This document shows, piece after piece, positions 29,626 to 39,074 of a stretch of DNA of 64,000 nt. The notes beneath the pieces are model-generated. The model saw only the letters and a list, made by a program, of their open reading frames with translations, did not search any database and was not told where the DNA came from. Numbering within the stretch: position 1 is the stretch's first letter; each line of letters begins with the position of its first letter. The DNA comes from Myxococcales bacterium. Its GTDB lineage: Bacteria; Myxococcota_A; Polyangia; Polyangiales; DASUME01. The position numbers were made by a program, and so were the translations under genes. The DNA is taken from assembly GCA_047601445.1 (NCBI GenBank), contig JASGJH010000001.1, positions 7,680,001 through 7,744,000 of the forward strand. The letters are read 5' to 3'.

Positions 29626-29651
29626 CCCATCACCGCCGCCAAGCACCCCAA

Positions 29652-30767
29652 CTAAAAATGAAACCTTCGCATCGATACATTCATCAACAAGCCAATCCCG
29701 ATCATGAACGTCAGCACACTCGAGCCACCGTGCGAGAACAACGGCAGGGTCACGCCCACCACTGGCAGGAGTCCGAGCACCATGCCCACGTTGATCACGG
29801 TGTGGAAGAAGAACATGGCGCTCACGCCCACGGCCAACACGGCGCCGAAGCGGTCCTTGGCCTGAGAGGCGACCTTGAGGCCCCACATGATGAGGAAGAA
29901 GTAGGCGCCCAGTAGCACCAACACGCCGAGCAAGCCGTGCTCCTCGGAGAACACCGCGAAGGGGAAGTCGGAGTGATTGTCGGGCAAGAAGCCGTATTGG
30001 TTTTGCGTGCCCTGCAGGTAGCCCTTGCCCCAGATACCGCCGCTGCCGATGGCAACCTTGCTCTGGTAGGCGTGCCAGCCCGAGCCGAGCAGGTCGTGTT
30101 CGGGGTTGGTGAATGAGCTCCAGAACGAGGTCACGCGCTCCTTCTGGTAGCCCTCGAGGATGAACTGCCAGGTCAGCGGAATACATGCCAAAAAGGCCAC
30201 CACCAAGGTGAGCAGCGAACGCAGCTTGAGGTTGGTCAGCAGCATGACGGACCCGAAGATCGCGGCGCAGATGAGCGCCGTGCCGAGGTCGGGTTGCTTG
30301 AGGATGAGGATCATCGGGAAGCCGAGGATCAGGCCGGGCAGCACCAAATCCTTGAGCGTGCGACCCGTGGTCTTGGGATCGTTGTGCAGGTACTTGGCGA
30401 GCGCGATGATCAAAAAGATCTTCATCAGCTCACTTGGTTGCAGCGAGAAGGCTCCTATGGAGAGCCAGCGTACCGAGCCGCGCACGCTGCGCCCGATGAT
30501 GAACAGCAGTACGAGCGTGGAAACACCGATGCCGTAGGCCACCCAGCCGTGGCGCTCGTAGTGCCGATAGTCGATGGCCGCCACCACCACCGCCACGCCC
30601 GACCCCAGCGCGAGCCAGTAGATCTGCTGCATGTAGATGTTGGCCATGCCGTCGGTGGCCGCGCTGGTGGCGCTGTAGAGGTTGGTCACGCCGGCCAGGG
30701 CGATGAAGGCCACGGTGACGAACAGGGGCCAGTCGAACTGCTCTTTGAGACCGCCACGGATCGCCAT
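29652..30767 (-). CDS. rodA: Rod shape-determining SEDS glycosyltransferase RodA
   Basis: RW....LQPSE..K, QPDLGT, AIGSGG..GKG, LP..HSDF.F, LLPVVGVTLP..S.GGSS; AAGGAG RBS. Confidence 0.95.
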   Translation of the reverse strand: MAIRGGLKEQFDWPLFVTVAFIALAGVTNLYSATSAATDGMANIYMQQIYWLALGSGVAVVVAAIDYRHYERHGWVAYGIGVSTLVLLFIIGRSVRGSVRWLSIGAFSLQPSELMKIFLIIALAKYLHNDPKTTGRTLKDLVLPGLILGFPMILILKQPDLGTALICAAIFGSVMLLTNLKLRSLLTLVVAFLACIPLTWQFILEGYQKERVTSFWSSFTNPEHDLLGSGWHAYQSKVAIGSGGIWGKGYLQGTQNQYGFLPDNHSDFPFAVFSEEHGLLGVLVLLGAYFFLIMWGLKVASQAKDRFGAVLAVGVSAMFFFHTVINVGMVLGLLPVVGVTLPLFSHGGSSVLTFMIGIGLLMNVSMRRFHF

Positions 30768-30894
30768 CAGGGAGCTCCTTTGACAGACGGGGAGGGCACG
30801 CGCCCTCTCCGCCCCTCGCGGCGAAGCCGCGCTGGGCCCCACCCCACCGCGAGGTTCGCTGCGCTCACGATCGGACCCTGCATCAGGGAGCTCC
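30765..30894 (-). mobile_element. MIRU-like 116-bp insertion with 14-bp flanking direct repeat, encoding a 38-aa translationally coupled mini-ORF (30767-30883)
   Basis: CATCAGGGAGCTCC occurs at 30765-30778 and 30881-30894. Minus-strand ORF MQGPIVSAANLAVGWGPARLRREGRRGRVPSPSVKGAP* overlaps the mrdA stop and the rodA start, both via TGATG. Internal hairpins present. Confidence 0.65.
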
Positions 30895-32763
30895 ACGGGT
30901 GGTGAGGGCCGTTTGGTTGCCGCTGTCGCCGTAGTAGCTCTTGAGCGCTTCGATGGCGATGGGCGCGGCGTTCTTGCCGCCGCCGCCGCCGTGCTCGACC
31001 ATGACGACGATGGCGAGCTCGGGCTTATCCGCCGGGGCCCAGCCCGCGAACCAGGCGTGCGAGCGGTGCATGTACCAGGAGCGCTGTTCGTCGTCCTTGG
31101 CGCGCTGGTGGTGCTCGACCTGGGCCGTGCCGGTCTTGCCCGCCACCTGCACCTTGCCACCCGCGTACTTGGGGTCGTAGGCCGTGCCGCCTTCTTCGTT
31201 CACCACGCCCCACAGGGCCTGGTGGATGAGCTCCATGTGCGCCGGGTTGTACTTGAGGGTGCGCCGCACGCGCGGCGTGAACCGTTCCAGCACCGTGCCG
31301 TCGGGCGCCTGCACGCTGTCCACGAGCTGCGGCACGTAAACCGTCCCGCCGTTCGCGAGCGCCGCGTACACCATGGCCAATTGGATCAAGCTGACACGCG
31401 TATTGCCCTGCCCGATCACGGTGTTGAGCGTGTAGCCCACGCGGAACACTTCACCGCGCTGCTCGTACCAGCTCTTGGTGGGGATGAAGCCGCGCGTCTC
31501 GGTGTTGATGCCGATGCCCGTCTTCTCGCCCAAGCCGAGGTCGGTGGCGAAGCGCGCCAGGCGGTCGATGCCGGCGAGCTCACCGAGCTTGTAGAAGTAC
31601 GTGTTGCACGAGCGGACTAGCGCCTCGCGCATGCTGACCTCGCCGTGTACGTGCTCGCAGCGGAAGCGCCGGTTGCCGAGCGTGTAGAAGCCGATGCAGT
31701 CGACGCGCTGAGTGGTGTTGACCAGGCCGTCTTCCAGGGCTGCCAGGGCGCTGATGGGCTTGAAGGTGGAGCCCGGGTAGTAGGTATCGTAGAGCGTCTT
31801 GTCGATCAGCGGGCGGAAGGGGTTCTCGTTGAGCTCGCGCGCGCGCTCCACGCTGAGCTTGCCGCTGATCTCGTTGAGGTCGTAGGAGGGCTTGGAGAAC
31901 AAGGCGCGCACCTGGCCCGTCTTCACGTCGACCACGACGGCCGCGCCCGAGGGGTGGCCACGGAACGCGCGCTCCAGCGTGCGCATGAGCTCCATGTCCA
32001 AGGTCAGCGCGAGATCGCGCCCCGGCACGGGCTCCTCGAGCATCACGCGCGCGTCTTTCACCGGCTTGATGCGGGAGCGACGTCCGCGCGCATCGACGTA
32101 GACCCGGCGGAACCCGCGCTGGCCGCGCAAGAACGACTCCCAGGCGCGTTCGATGCCGCTGCGACCGGCCAAATCGCCGGCGCGGTAGCCGAGGTCCTTG
32201 AGCTGCTCGAGCTCCTCGCCGCTGATCTCGTTGAGGTAGCCGATGGCGTGGGCCGCCAGCTTGCCGAACGGATAGTCGCGCACGGGCACGCTCACCACGT
32301 CCACAGCGGGGAGATCGCGTGCGTGGGTCTCCAGCGCCGCCAGCTGTTCGCGCGTGAGCTCGCCCAACATCTGGATTTGGTGGGTGCGTCGGCGCTCCGG
32401 CACGCGCGCGAGCTGCGCCTGAAAGGCCGCCTTGCCCTTCTCGTCCAGACCCAGCAGCTCCTCGATGCGCGCCATATCCTCGGGGCCGCGCAGGCGCGAG
32501 GGCGTGAGGTACATGCGGAAGGCAGGGCGGTTGCTGGCGATGACCCGGCCGTGCTGGTCGCGCACGACGCCGCGCGTGGCCGGCAGGTCGAGGGTCTTGA
32601 CGATGTTCTCTTGCGCGATCGCGGCGTACTCGTCGTGTGCGACCACCTGCAGGTACACGATGCGAGTGAACAGCGTGAGGAACGCGGCACTGACGCCCAG
32701 CGCCATCCATTTGTAGCGCTTCTTGAACTCGCCGACCTCGCGACTGACGCTCAAGAGATTCAT
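30883..32763 (-). CDS. mrdA: Penicillin-binding protein 2
   Basis: RG...DQ.G, PGSTFK (SxxK), SCN, KTGTAQ, HAWF; located between mreD and rodA. Confidence 0.95.
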   Translation of the reverse strand: MNLLSVSREVGEFKKRYKWMALGVSAAFLTLFTRIVYLQVVAHDEYAAIAQENIVKTLDLPATRGVVRDQHGRVIASNRPAFRMYLTPSRLRGPEDMARIEELLGLDEKGKAAFQAQLARVPERRRTHQIQMLGELTREQLAALETHARDLPAVDVVSVPVRDYPFGKLAAHAIGYLNEISGEELEQLKDLGYRAGDLAGRSGIERAWESFLRGQRGFRRVYVDARGRRSRIKPVKDARVMLEEPVPGRDLALTLDMELMRTLERAFRGHPSGAAVVVDVKTGQVRALFSKPSYDLNEISGKLSVERARELNENPFRPLIDKTLYDTYYPGSTFKPISALAALEDGLVNTTQRVDCIGFYTLGNRRFRCEHVHGEVSMREALVRSCNTYFYKLGELAGIDRLARFATDLGLGEKTGIGINTETRGFIPTKSWYEQRGEVFRVGYTLNTVIGQGNTRVSLIQLAMVYAALANGGTVYVPQLVDSVQAPDGTVLERFTPRVRRTLKYNPAHMELIHQALWGVVNEEGGTAYDPKYAGGKVQVAGKTGTAQVEHHQRAKDDEQRSWYMHRSHAWFAGWAPADKPELAIVVMVEHGGGGGKNAAPIAIEALKSYYGDSGNQTALTTRGAP

Positions 32764-33290
32764 GATGACACCGCCGCCGATTCTTCACGCCGGCGCAGGC
32801 CATCGATGCGGCGCACCAGCAGGAAGATGAAGGGCGCGATGGCGCCGGTGGCGAGCGCGGGAGCGAGCAAGGCCACGGCCAGGTGCCGCGCGCTCACCGC
32901 GTTGAACGAGAAGGGGGGGCGGAAGATGGCGCGCAGGGCGACCAGCGTGACGGACCCGATGAACGCGGTGAGGGCGGTGATCAGCACCTGCGAGAAGCGT
33001 CCGCGCATCAAGAGGCGGAAGCTCGCCGCGCGCGCCATCAAGAAGGTGGCCACGTGGACGAAGGTCATCAGGCCCATGGCGTTGCCGCAGGCCGAGTCGA
33101 GCAAGAGTCCCATCACGAAGCTCAGAATGGCGCCGCGCTGCAGCGAGATGTCCGGCGCCATGCCCAGGTAGATCACCACCGGCAAGAGCACGTTCGGCAT
33201 CAGCACGCCCAGGTCGAGCACGGTCCCCACGGCGGCCTGCACGGCCACCAGGAGGAACACGAACACGAGCAGGACGACGTCGCGCATCAT
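32760..33290 (-). CDS. mreD: Rod shape-determining protein MreD
   Basis: Multi-TM protein with GLLLD, between mreC and mrdA with ATGA overlaps. Confidence 0.85.
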   Translation of the reverse strand: MMRDVVLLVFVFLLVAVQAAVGTVLDLGVLMPNVLLPVVIYLGMAPDISLQRGAILSFVMGLLLDSACGNAMGLMTFVHVATFLMARAASFRLLMRGRFSQVLITALTAFIGSVTLVALRAIFRPPFSFNAVSARHLAVALLAPALATGAIAPFIFLLVRRIDGLRRREESAAVSS

Positions 33291-34162
33291 CGTGGCGGGG
33301 CTCCCGATTGCGAGGTCACGCTGGTGCTCTCGCGCGCACCCTCGGTGAGGATGAACACCTCTTCCAACTTGGAGAAATTCACGGCCGGGGTCACTTCTGC
33401 CAGTTGATACAAGCCGAAGTCGCGCTTCTCCACGTTCGAGATCGAGCCCACCTTCAGATTGGGAGGGAAGCGTCGTCCCAGGCCCGACGTGTACACCGTG
33501 TCGCCCACGCGCACCTCGTCGGCGCGCAGCAGGTACTGGATACGAGCCTTGTAGTTGTCCGTCTCGCCCGTGCCGCGCAGCATGCCGCGCGAGCCCGTGC
33601 GGTGAACCACCACGTCTACGGCGCTGCCCTCATCCACCGTCAGCATCACGTCGGCGTAGCGATCGCCCACTCGGGACACCTGGCCCACCAGGCCCTCGGT
33701 GCTGACCACCGGCATGCCGGCCACCACGCGGTCGTCTCGCCCGCGGTCGAGCCGCACGCGGATGACCCGGAACAGCGGCGAGACGTCCTTCGCGATGACG
33801 CGCGCACTAATCTTCTGTCCGCTGAGTTCGTCGCGAAGAACCAACAAGGTGCGTAGACGGTCGTTCTCGCGTTCGAGTTCCTCCAAATCGCGGACGCGCT
33901 GCTTGAGGCGGGCGCTCTCGTAGGTGAGACGCTCGTTCTCGCGCCCCACTTCCACCAGGTACACGTACTCCTCGATGAAGCCAGACACCCCGGTGGCCAT
34001 GCGAACCGCTACCCACTGAACGGGGGCGCTGATGGCGAGCAGCCAGCGGTCCAGGAGGCTCGCGCGGGAAGGGTCGCTGAGGTTCGCGCGCAGGAAAAAG
34101 AACGGCAGCGCGAGCAACAAGATCGCGGTCAGCTCGTCCTTGTAGCGCCGAAAGAAATTCAC
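33287..34162 (-). CDS. mreC: Rod shape-determining protein MreC
   Basis: Coiled coil ENDRLR.LL, LDRG, GLVGQV, TSGLG..FP, PAV.F..LEEV. Confidence 0.95.
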   Translation of the reverse strand: MNFFRRYKDELTAILLLALPFFFLRANLSDPSRASLLDRWLLAISAPVQWVAVRMATGVSGFIEEYVYLVEVGRENERLTYESARLKQRVRDLEELERENDRLRTLLVLRDELSGQKISARVIAKDVSPLFRVIRVRLDRGRDDRVVAGMPVVSTEGLVGQVSRVGDRYADVMLTVDEGSAVDVVVHRTGSRGMLRGTGETDNYKARIQYLLRADEVRVGDTVYTSGLGRRFPPNLKVGSISNVEKRDFGLYQLAEVTPAVNFSKLEEVFILTEGARESTSVTSQSGAPPR

Positions 34163-34384
34163 GCCTCGTCCCTTCCCATTCCGTGCGTCGCCCGGCCTTT
34201 AACCGAGCAAGCGGATGACCCGGGCCTGGCGGCATAGCGCATCGGGCTCGGGATGCCCGTCTAAGGGCCGGAATTTAGCCAGATCGGCGGGGCCCCGTCG
34301 CGTTTTCGGGGCATGTGGTGAGGGGCGTGCCGGGGTGGGTGCTGGCCCAAGGTCTGACGCGAACGGGCGGGGTGTTCGGCCTCT

Positions 34385-34466
34385 GGGTCGTACGCGTGCC
34401 CGTGCCCGTACACGATGTCTGGGCCGTGCGACGGATCCGGGAGGATCGCGTACGGGCACGCGTATG
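34385..34466. repeat. Dispersed intergenic repeat copy 2 plus inverted partner (hairpin) in the mreB-mreC spacer
   Basis: GGGTCGTACGCGTGCCCGTGCCCGTACACGAT (34385-34416) and inverted ATCGCGTACGGGCACGCGTATG (34445-34466). Confidence 0.65.
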
Positions 34467-34494
34467 GGGAGGGTGTGCGAGGCTGGAAACGGTT

Positions 34495-35589
<1,095 letters not shown>

Positions 35590-35847
35590 CTAGCGAAAAA
35601 GTGCCGCTTTCGGGCGCGAAGGCAATGGACCGGCCAGGTTTAACAGAAGGTGTCGGGAGGATCAAGAATCGGGGGACCTGGGGTCCCGATGAAGGGGCGG
35701 CACGCAGCCGGGCGGCGCTAGCGTGGATTCAGCCCAGCAGGTAACTTTTCGGTCCTTCTAGCGGGCGCTCGCAGGGGAACCTGCCCGCCTGGACGAGGCC
35801 GCTCGGGGGCGGATGAACCGCCCGCTTCTGCAAGGGGTTTCTGCGCG

Positions 35848-37407
35848 ATGAGCACCAACGAGCACGTACGCATTTTCGACACCACGCTGCGCGATGGCGA
35901 GCAATCCCCGGGCGCAACCATGACCCTCGAGGAGAAGCTGCGGATCGCCCGCATGCTCGAGAAGCTCGGGGTCGATATTATCGAGGCGGGCTTCCCGGCC
36001 GCGTCCCCCGGCGAGGTCGAGAGCGTGCGCCGCATCGCGGAGGAGATCGAAGGCTGCGAGATCGCGGGGCTATGCCGCACGCGCCTGGCCGACATCAGCG
36101 CCGCCTGGAAGGCCCTCTCGCACGCCAAGCGTCCGCGGCTCCACACCTTCATCGCCACGAGCAAGCTCCACATGGAGCACAAGCTCAAGCTCAGCGAGGC
36201 CGAGGTGCTGGCAGAGATCACGCGCGGCGTGTCGGCCTGCCGCGAGCTCACGGACAACGTCGAGTTCAGCGCAGAAGACTCCACGCGCAGTGACCTTGGA
36301 TTTTTGCGGGAAGCGTGCACGGCCGCCATCGAGGCGGGGGCCAAGGTCCTCAACTTGCCCGACACGGTCGGGTACACCACGCCCGACGAATACAAGACCA
36401 TCGTGCGCGCCATCCTCGAGATCATCGGCGGCCGCGACGTCATCGTGTCCACGCACTGTCACAACGATCTCGGTTTGGCCGTGGCCAACTCGCTGGCCGC
36501 CATCAGCGCGGGCGCACGCCAGGTGGAGTGCTGCGTCAACGGTATCGGGGAGCGCGCTGGCAACGCGGCCCTCGAGGAGGTGGTGATGGCGCTGCGCGTC
36601 AGACCCGCCCTGTTCCCGGTCAGCACGCGTATCGTCACCGAGCACCTCTACCCCACGAGCCGTCTGGTCAGTGAAATCACGGGGCTCAACGTCCAGCCCA
36701 ACAAGGCCATCGTCGGACGCAACGCCTTCGCCCACGAAGCGGGCATCCACCAGCACGGCGTGCTCCAGAACCGCCGCACCTACGAGATCATGGAGCCCCA
36801 GCAGATCGGGCTCCCCACCAACAACATCGTGCTCGGCAAGCACTCGGGGCGCGCGGCCCTGCGGGATCGCTTGAAGTCCCTCGGCTATGAGCTCGACGAC
36901 ACCCAGCTGTCGCGGGCCTTCGATAGCTTCAAGCGCCTGTGCGACAAGAAGAAGACCATCTACGACGAAGATCTCTATCCGTTGGTGGCCGAGGACTTGA
37001 GCCTCGACGAGACCTATCGGCTGGTGAACGTGGAGTTCAAGGGTGGCAGCGAGACCGCGCCCTGGGCGCGCGTGACCATCGCCGTGGAAGGCGTAGAGAC
37101 CAGCCGCGAGGCCACGGGCGACGGTCCGGTGGAGGCAGTGATGGAGGCCATCAAGGGCATCGCCGACAAGCCGGAGCTCAGCTTGAAAGACTACGAGCTG
37201 AGCGCGGTGTCAGGCGGCGCGGATGCGCAGGGCAAGGTCAACCTTACCGTGGAGGAGGCGGGCCTCGAGTCGCGGGGGCAGGGCCGTCACACGGACGTGG
37301 TGTTGGCGAGCGCGCTGGCCTTCGTGAACGCACTCAATCAGCAGGCCTATCAAAAGCAACTGCACGCACGGAAGTCCGAGGCTCCCGGCGCGGGCAAGGC
37401 ACGCTAG
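35848..37407 (+). CDS. leuA: 2-isopropylmalate synthase
   Basis: FDTTLRDGEQSPG, HCHNDLG, GIGERAGNA, AHEAGIHQ, C-terminal regulatory domain. Confidence 0.96.
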   Translation: MSTNEHVRIFDTTLRDGEQSPGATMTLEEKLRIARMLEKLGVDIIEAGFPAASPGEVESVRRIAEEIEGCEIAGLCRTRLADISAAWKALSHAKRPRLHTFIATSKLHMEHKLKLSEAEVLAEITRGVSACRELTDNVEFSAEDSTRSDLGFLREACTAAIEAGAKVLNLPDTVGYTTPDEYKTIVRAILEIIGGRDVIVSTHCHNDLGLAVANSLAAISAGARQVECCVNGIGERAGNAALEEVVMALRVRPALFPVSTRIVTEHLYPTSRLVSEITGLNVQPNKAIVGRNAFAHEAGIHQHGVLQNRRTYEIMEPQQIGLPTNNIVLGKHSGRAALRDRLKSLGYELDDTQLSRAFDSFKRLCDKKKTIYDEDLYPLVAEDLSLDETYRLVNVEFKGGSETAPWARVTIAVEGVETSREATGDGPVEAVMEAIKGIADKPELSLKDYELSAVSGGADAQGKVNLTVEEAGLESRGQGRHTDVVLASALAFVNALNQQAYQKQLHARKSEAPGAGKAR

Positions 37408-37466
37408 CTCGTCTAGAGCAGCGATTTCTCAAGGGCACGGAACCAGCAGAAACGGGTAGAGGAAGC

Positions 37467-38558
37467 ATGAGTAAGCTTGAAGTCTTGGTCACCGCGGGCG
37501 ATGGCATCGGACCCGAAGTGACGCGCGAGGCGGTGCGCGTGTTGGAGGTCATGGCCAAGCGCGCGGGTCTGTCGCTGCACCTGGAGCACGAGCCGTTCGG
37601 TGGCGCCTCGGTGGACGCGCATGGCGTGCCCGCCACGGACGCCCTGCTCAAGCGAGCCACCGAGGTGGACGCGGTGTTGCTCGGCGCGGTGGGCGGACCC
37701 AAATACGACAGCCTGCCGGCCGACAAGCGCCCCGAGAAGGGCCTGCTCAACCTGCGCACGGCCATGGGCGTGTACGCGAACCTGCGCCCCGCCAAGATCT
37801 TTCCCGTGCTCGCCGACGCCTCGCCCCTGCGCAAGGACCTGGCCGAGCGTGTGGACTACGTGGTGGTGCGCGAGTTGATCGGCGGGCTCTACTTCGGCAA
37901 GCCCCGCAGCCTGACCGGTGAGCCCGGCAAGCAGGTGGGTATTAACACGCTCACCTACACCGAGGACGAGATCCGCCGCATCGGCCGGAAGGCCTTCGAG
38001 ATTGCGCGTCAGCGCAACAAGAAGGTGTGCAGCATCGACAAAGCCAACGTGCTCGAGACCATGGTGCTCTGGCGCCGTACGATGGAGGCGCTGGGCAAGG
38101 AGTATCCCGACGTCGCGCTGAGCCACATGTACGTGGACAACTGCGCGATGCAGCTGGTACTCAACCCCGGCCAGTTCGACGTGCTGGTGTGCGAGAACTT
38201 GTTCGGCGACATCCTCTCCGACGAAGCCGGCGCGACCACGGGGTCCATCGGCCTGCTGCCCTCGGCCTCCCTGGGAGAGAAGTGCGCGCTCTACGAGCCC
38301 ATCCACGGCTCGGCGCCGGATATCGCCGGTCAGAACAAGGCCAACCCGCTGGCCGCCATCTTGTCCGTGGCCATGTTGTTCGAGCACACGCTGAAGAACC
38401 GCGCATTGGCCGAGACCATCGAGCGCGCCGTGAGCGCGGTGCTCGACGACGGCCTGCGCACGGGCGACATCTTCCGGGGCTCCGAGGCTGGCAAGAAGTT
38501 GATCGGTACGCGCGAGATGGGTGACGCCGTGCTCGCGAAGCTCGCCGCGCAGGGCTGA
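37467..38558 (+). CDS. leuB: 3-isopropylmalate dehydrogenase
   Basis: [50 protein letters not shown]. Confidence 0.96.
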   Translation: MSKLEVLVTAGDGIGPEVTREAVRVLEVMAKRAGLSLHLEHEPFGGASVDAHGVPATDALLKRATEVDAVLLGAVGGPKYDSLPADKRPEKGLLNLRTAMGVYANLRPAKIFPVLADASPLRKDLAERVDYVVVRELIGGLYFGKPRSLTGEPGKQVGINTLTYTEDEIRRIGRKAFEIARQRNKKVCSIDKANVLETMVLWRRTMEALGKEYPDVALSHMYVDNCAMQLVLNPGQFDVLVCENLFGDILSDEAGATTGSIGLLPSASLGEKCALYEPIHGSAPDIAGQNKANPLAAILSVAMLFEHTLKNRALAETIERAVSAVLDDGLRTGDIFRGSEAGKKLIGTREMGDAVLAKLAAQG

Positions 38559-38776
38559 GCCGAGAGAGAGACGGCTCTCAAGGTCCGTTCAACTTGCTGC
38601 AGACAAGGTTCGTTCAACTCGTCACCGAGCCTCACGTCGCCCTGTCAAAGTAGCTTGCGGGTCTGCAGCGCGATGAGCGTACTTGCGGTGCGCTGCACGC
38701 GCGGGCCATGCAGTCCTGTTCACGGGGTGAACCAGCGACGCGACGCGGGCGCGCGTGAGCCGTTCGCTCGGCGTCA

Positions 38777-38791
38777 TGGCCCGTGAATTGC
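38777..38791 (+). promoter_or_regulatory. Sigma-54 (-24/-12) promoter
   Basis: TGGCCCGTGAATTGC = GG-N10-GC with TTGC, in a 500-bp intergenic region. Confidence 0.55.
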
Positions 38792-39074
38792 GCGCAAAAA
38801 AGCCCGCTTTTCGAGGGCGCGCGAGCGCTGTCGCATGACGTCGTACGGGCGCAGCAGCGGCGCCGCTCGCGCGTCCGCATCTCGGGATAAGCGTGCGCTC
38901 TTCACGCAAATCACCCCGCAGATCGCCGAATTGCAGGACGGTTTCGGCGTACCTTCGTGCTCGAAAGATCGCAGTGACAACACGAAGGACATGCCCGAGC
39001 AGCGATCTCTGTGCACGCGAGTTGGGGTAGGGTAAGGCTCTGCTAGCTCCTTTAGCTTTGGTTGGGAGGCACGC

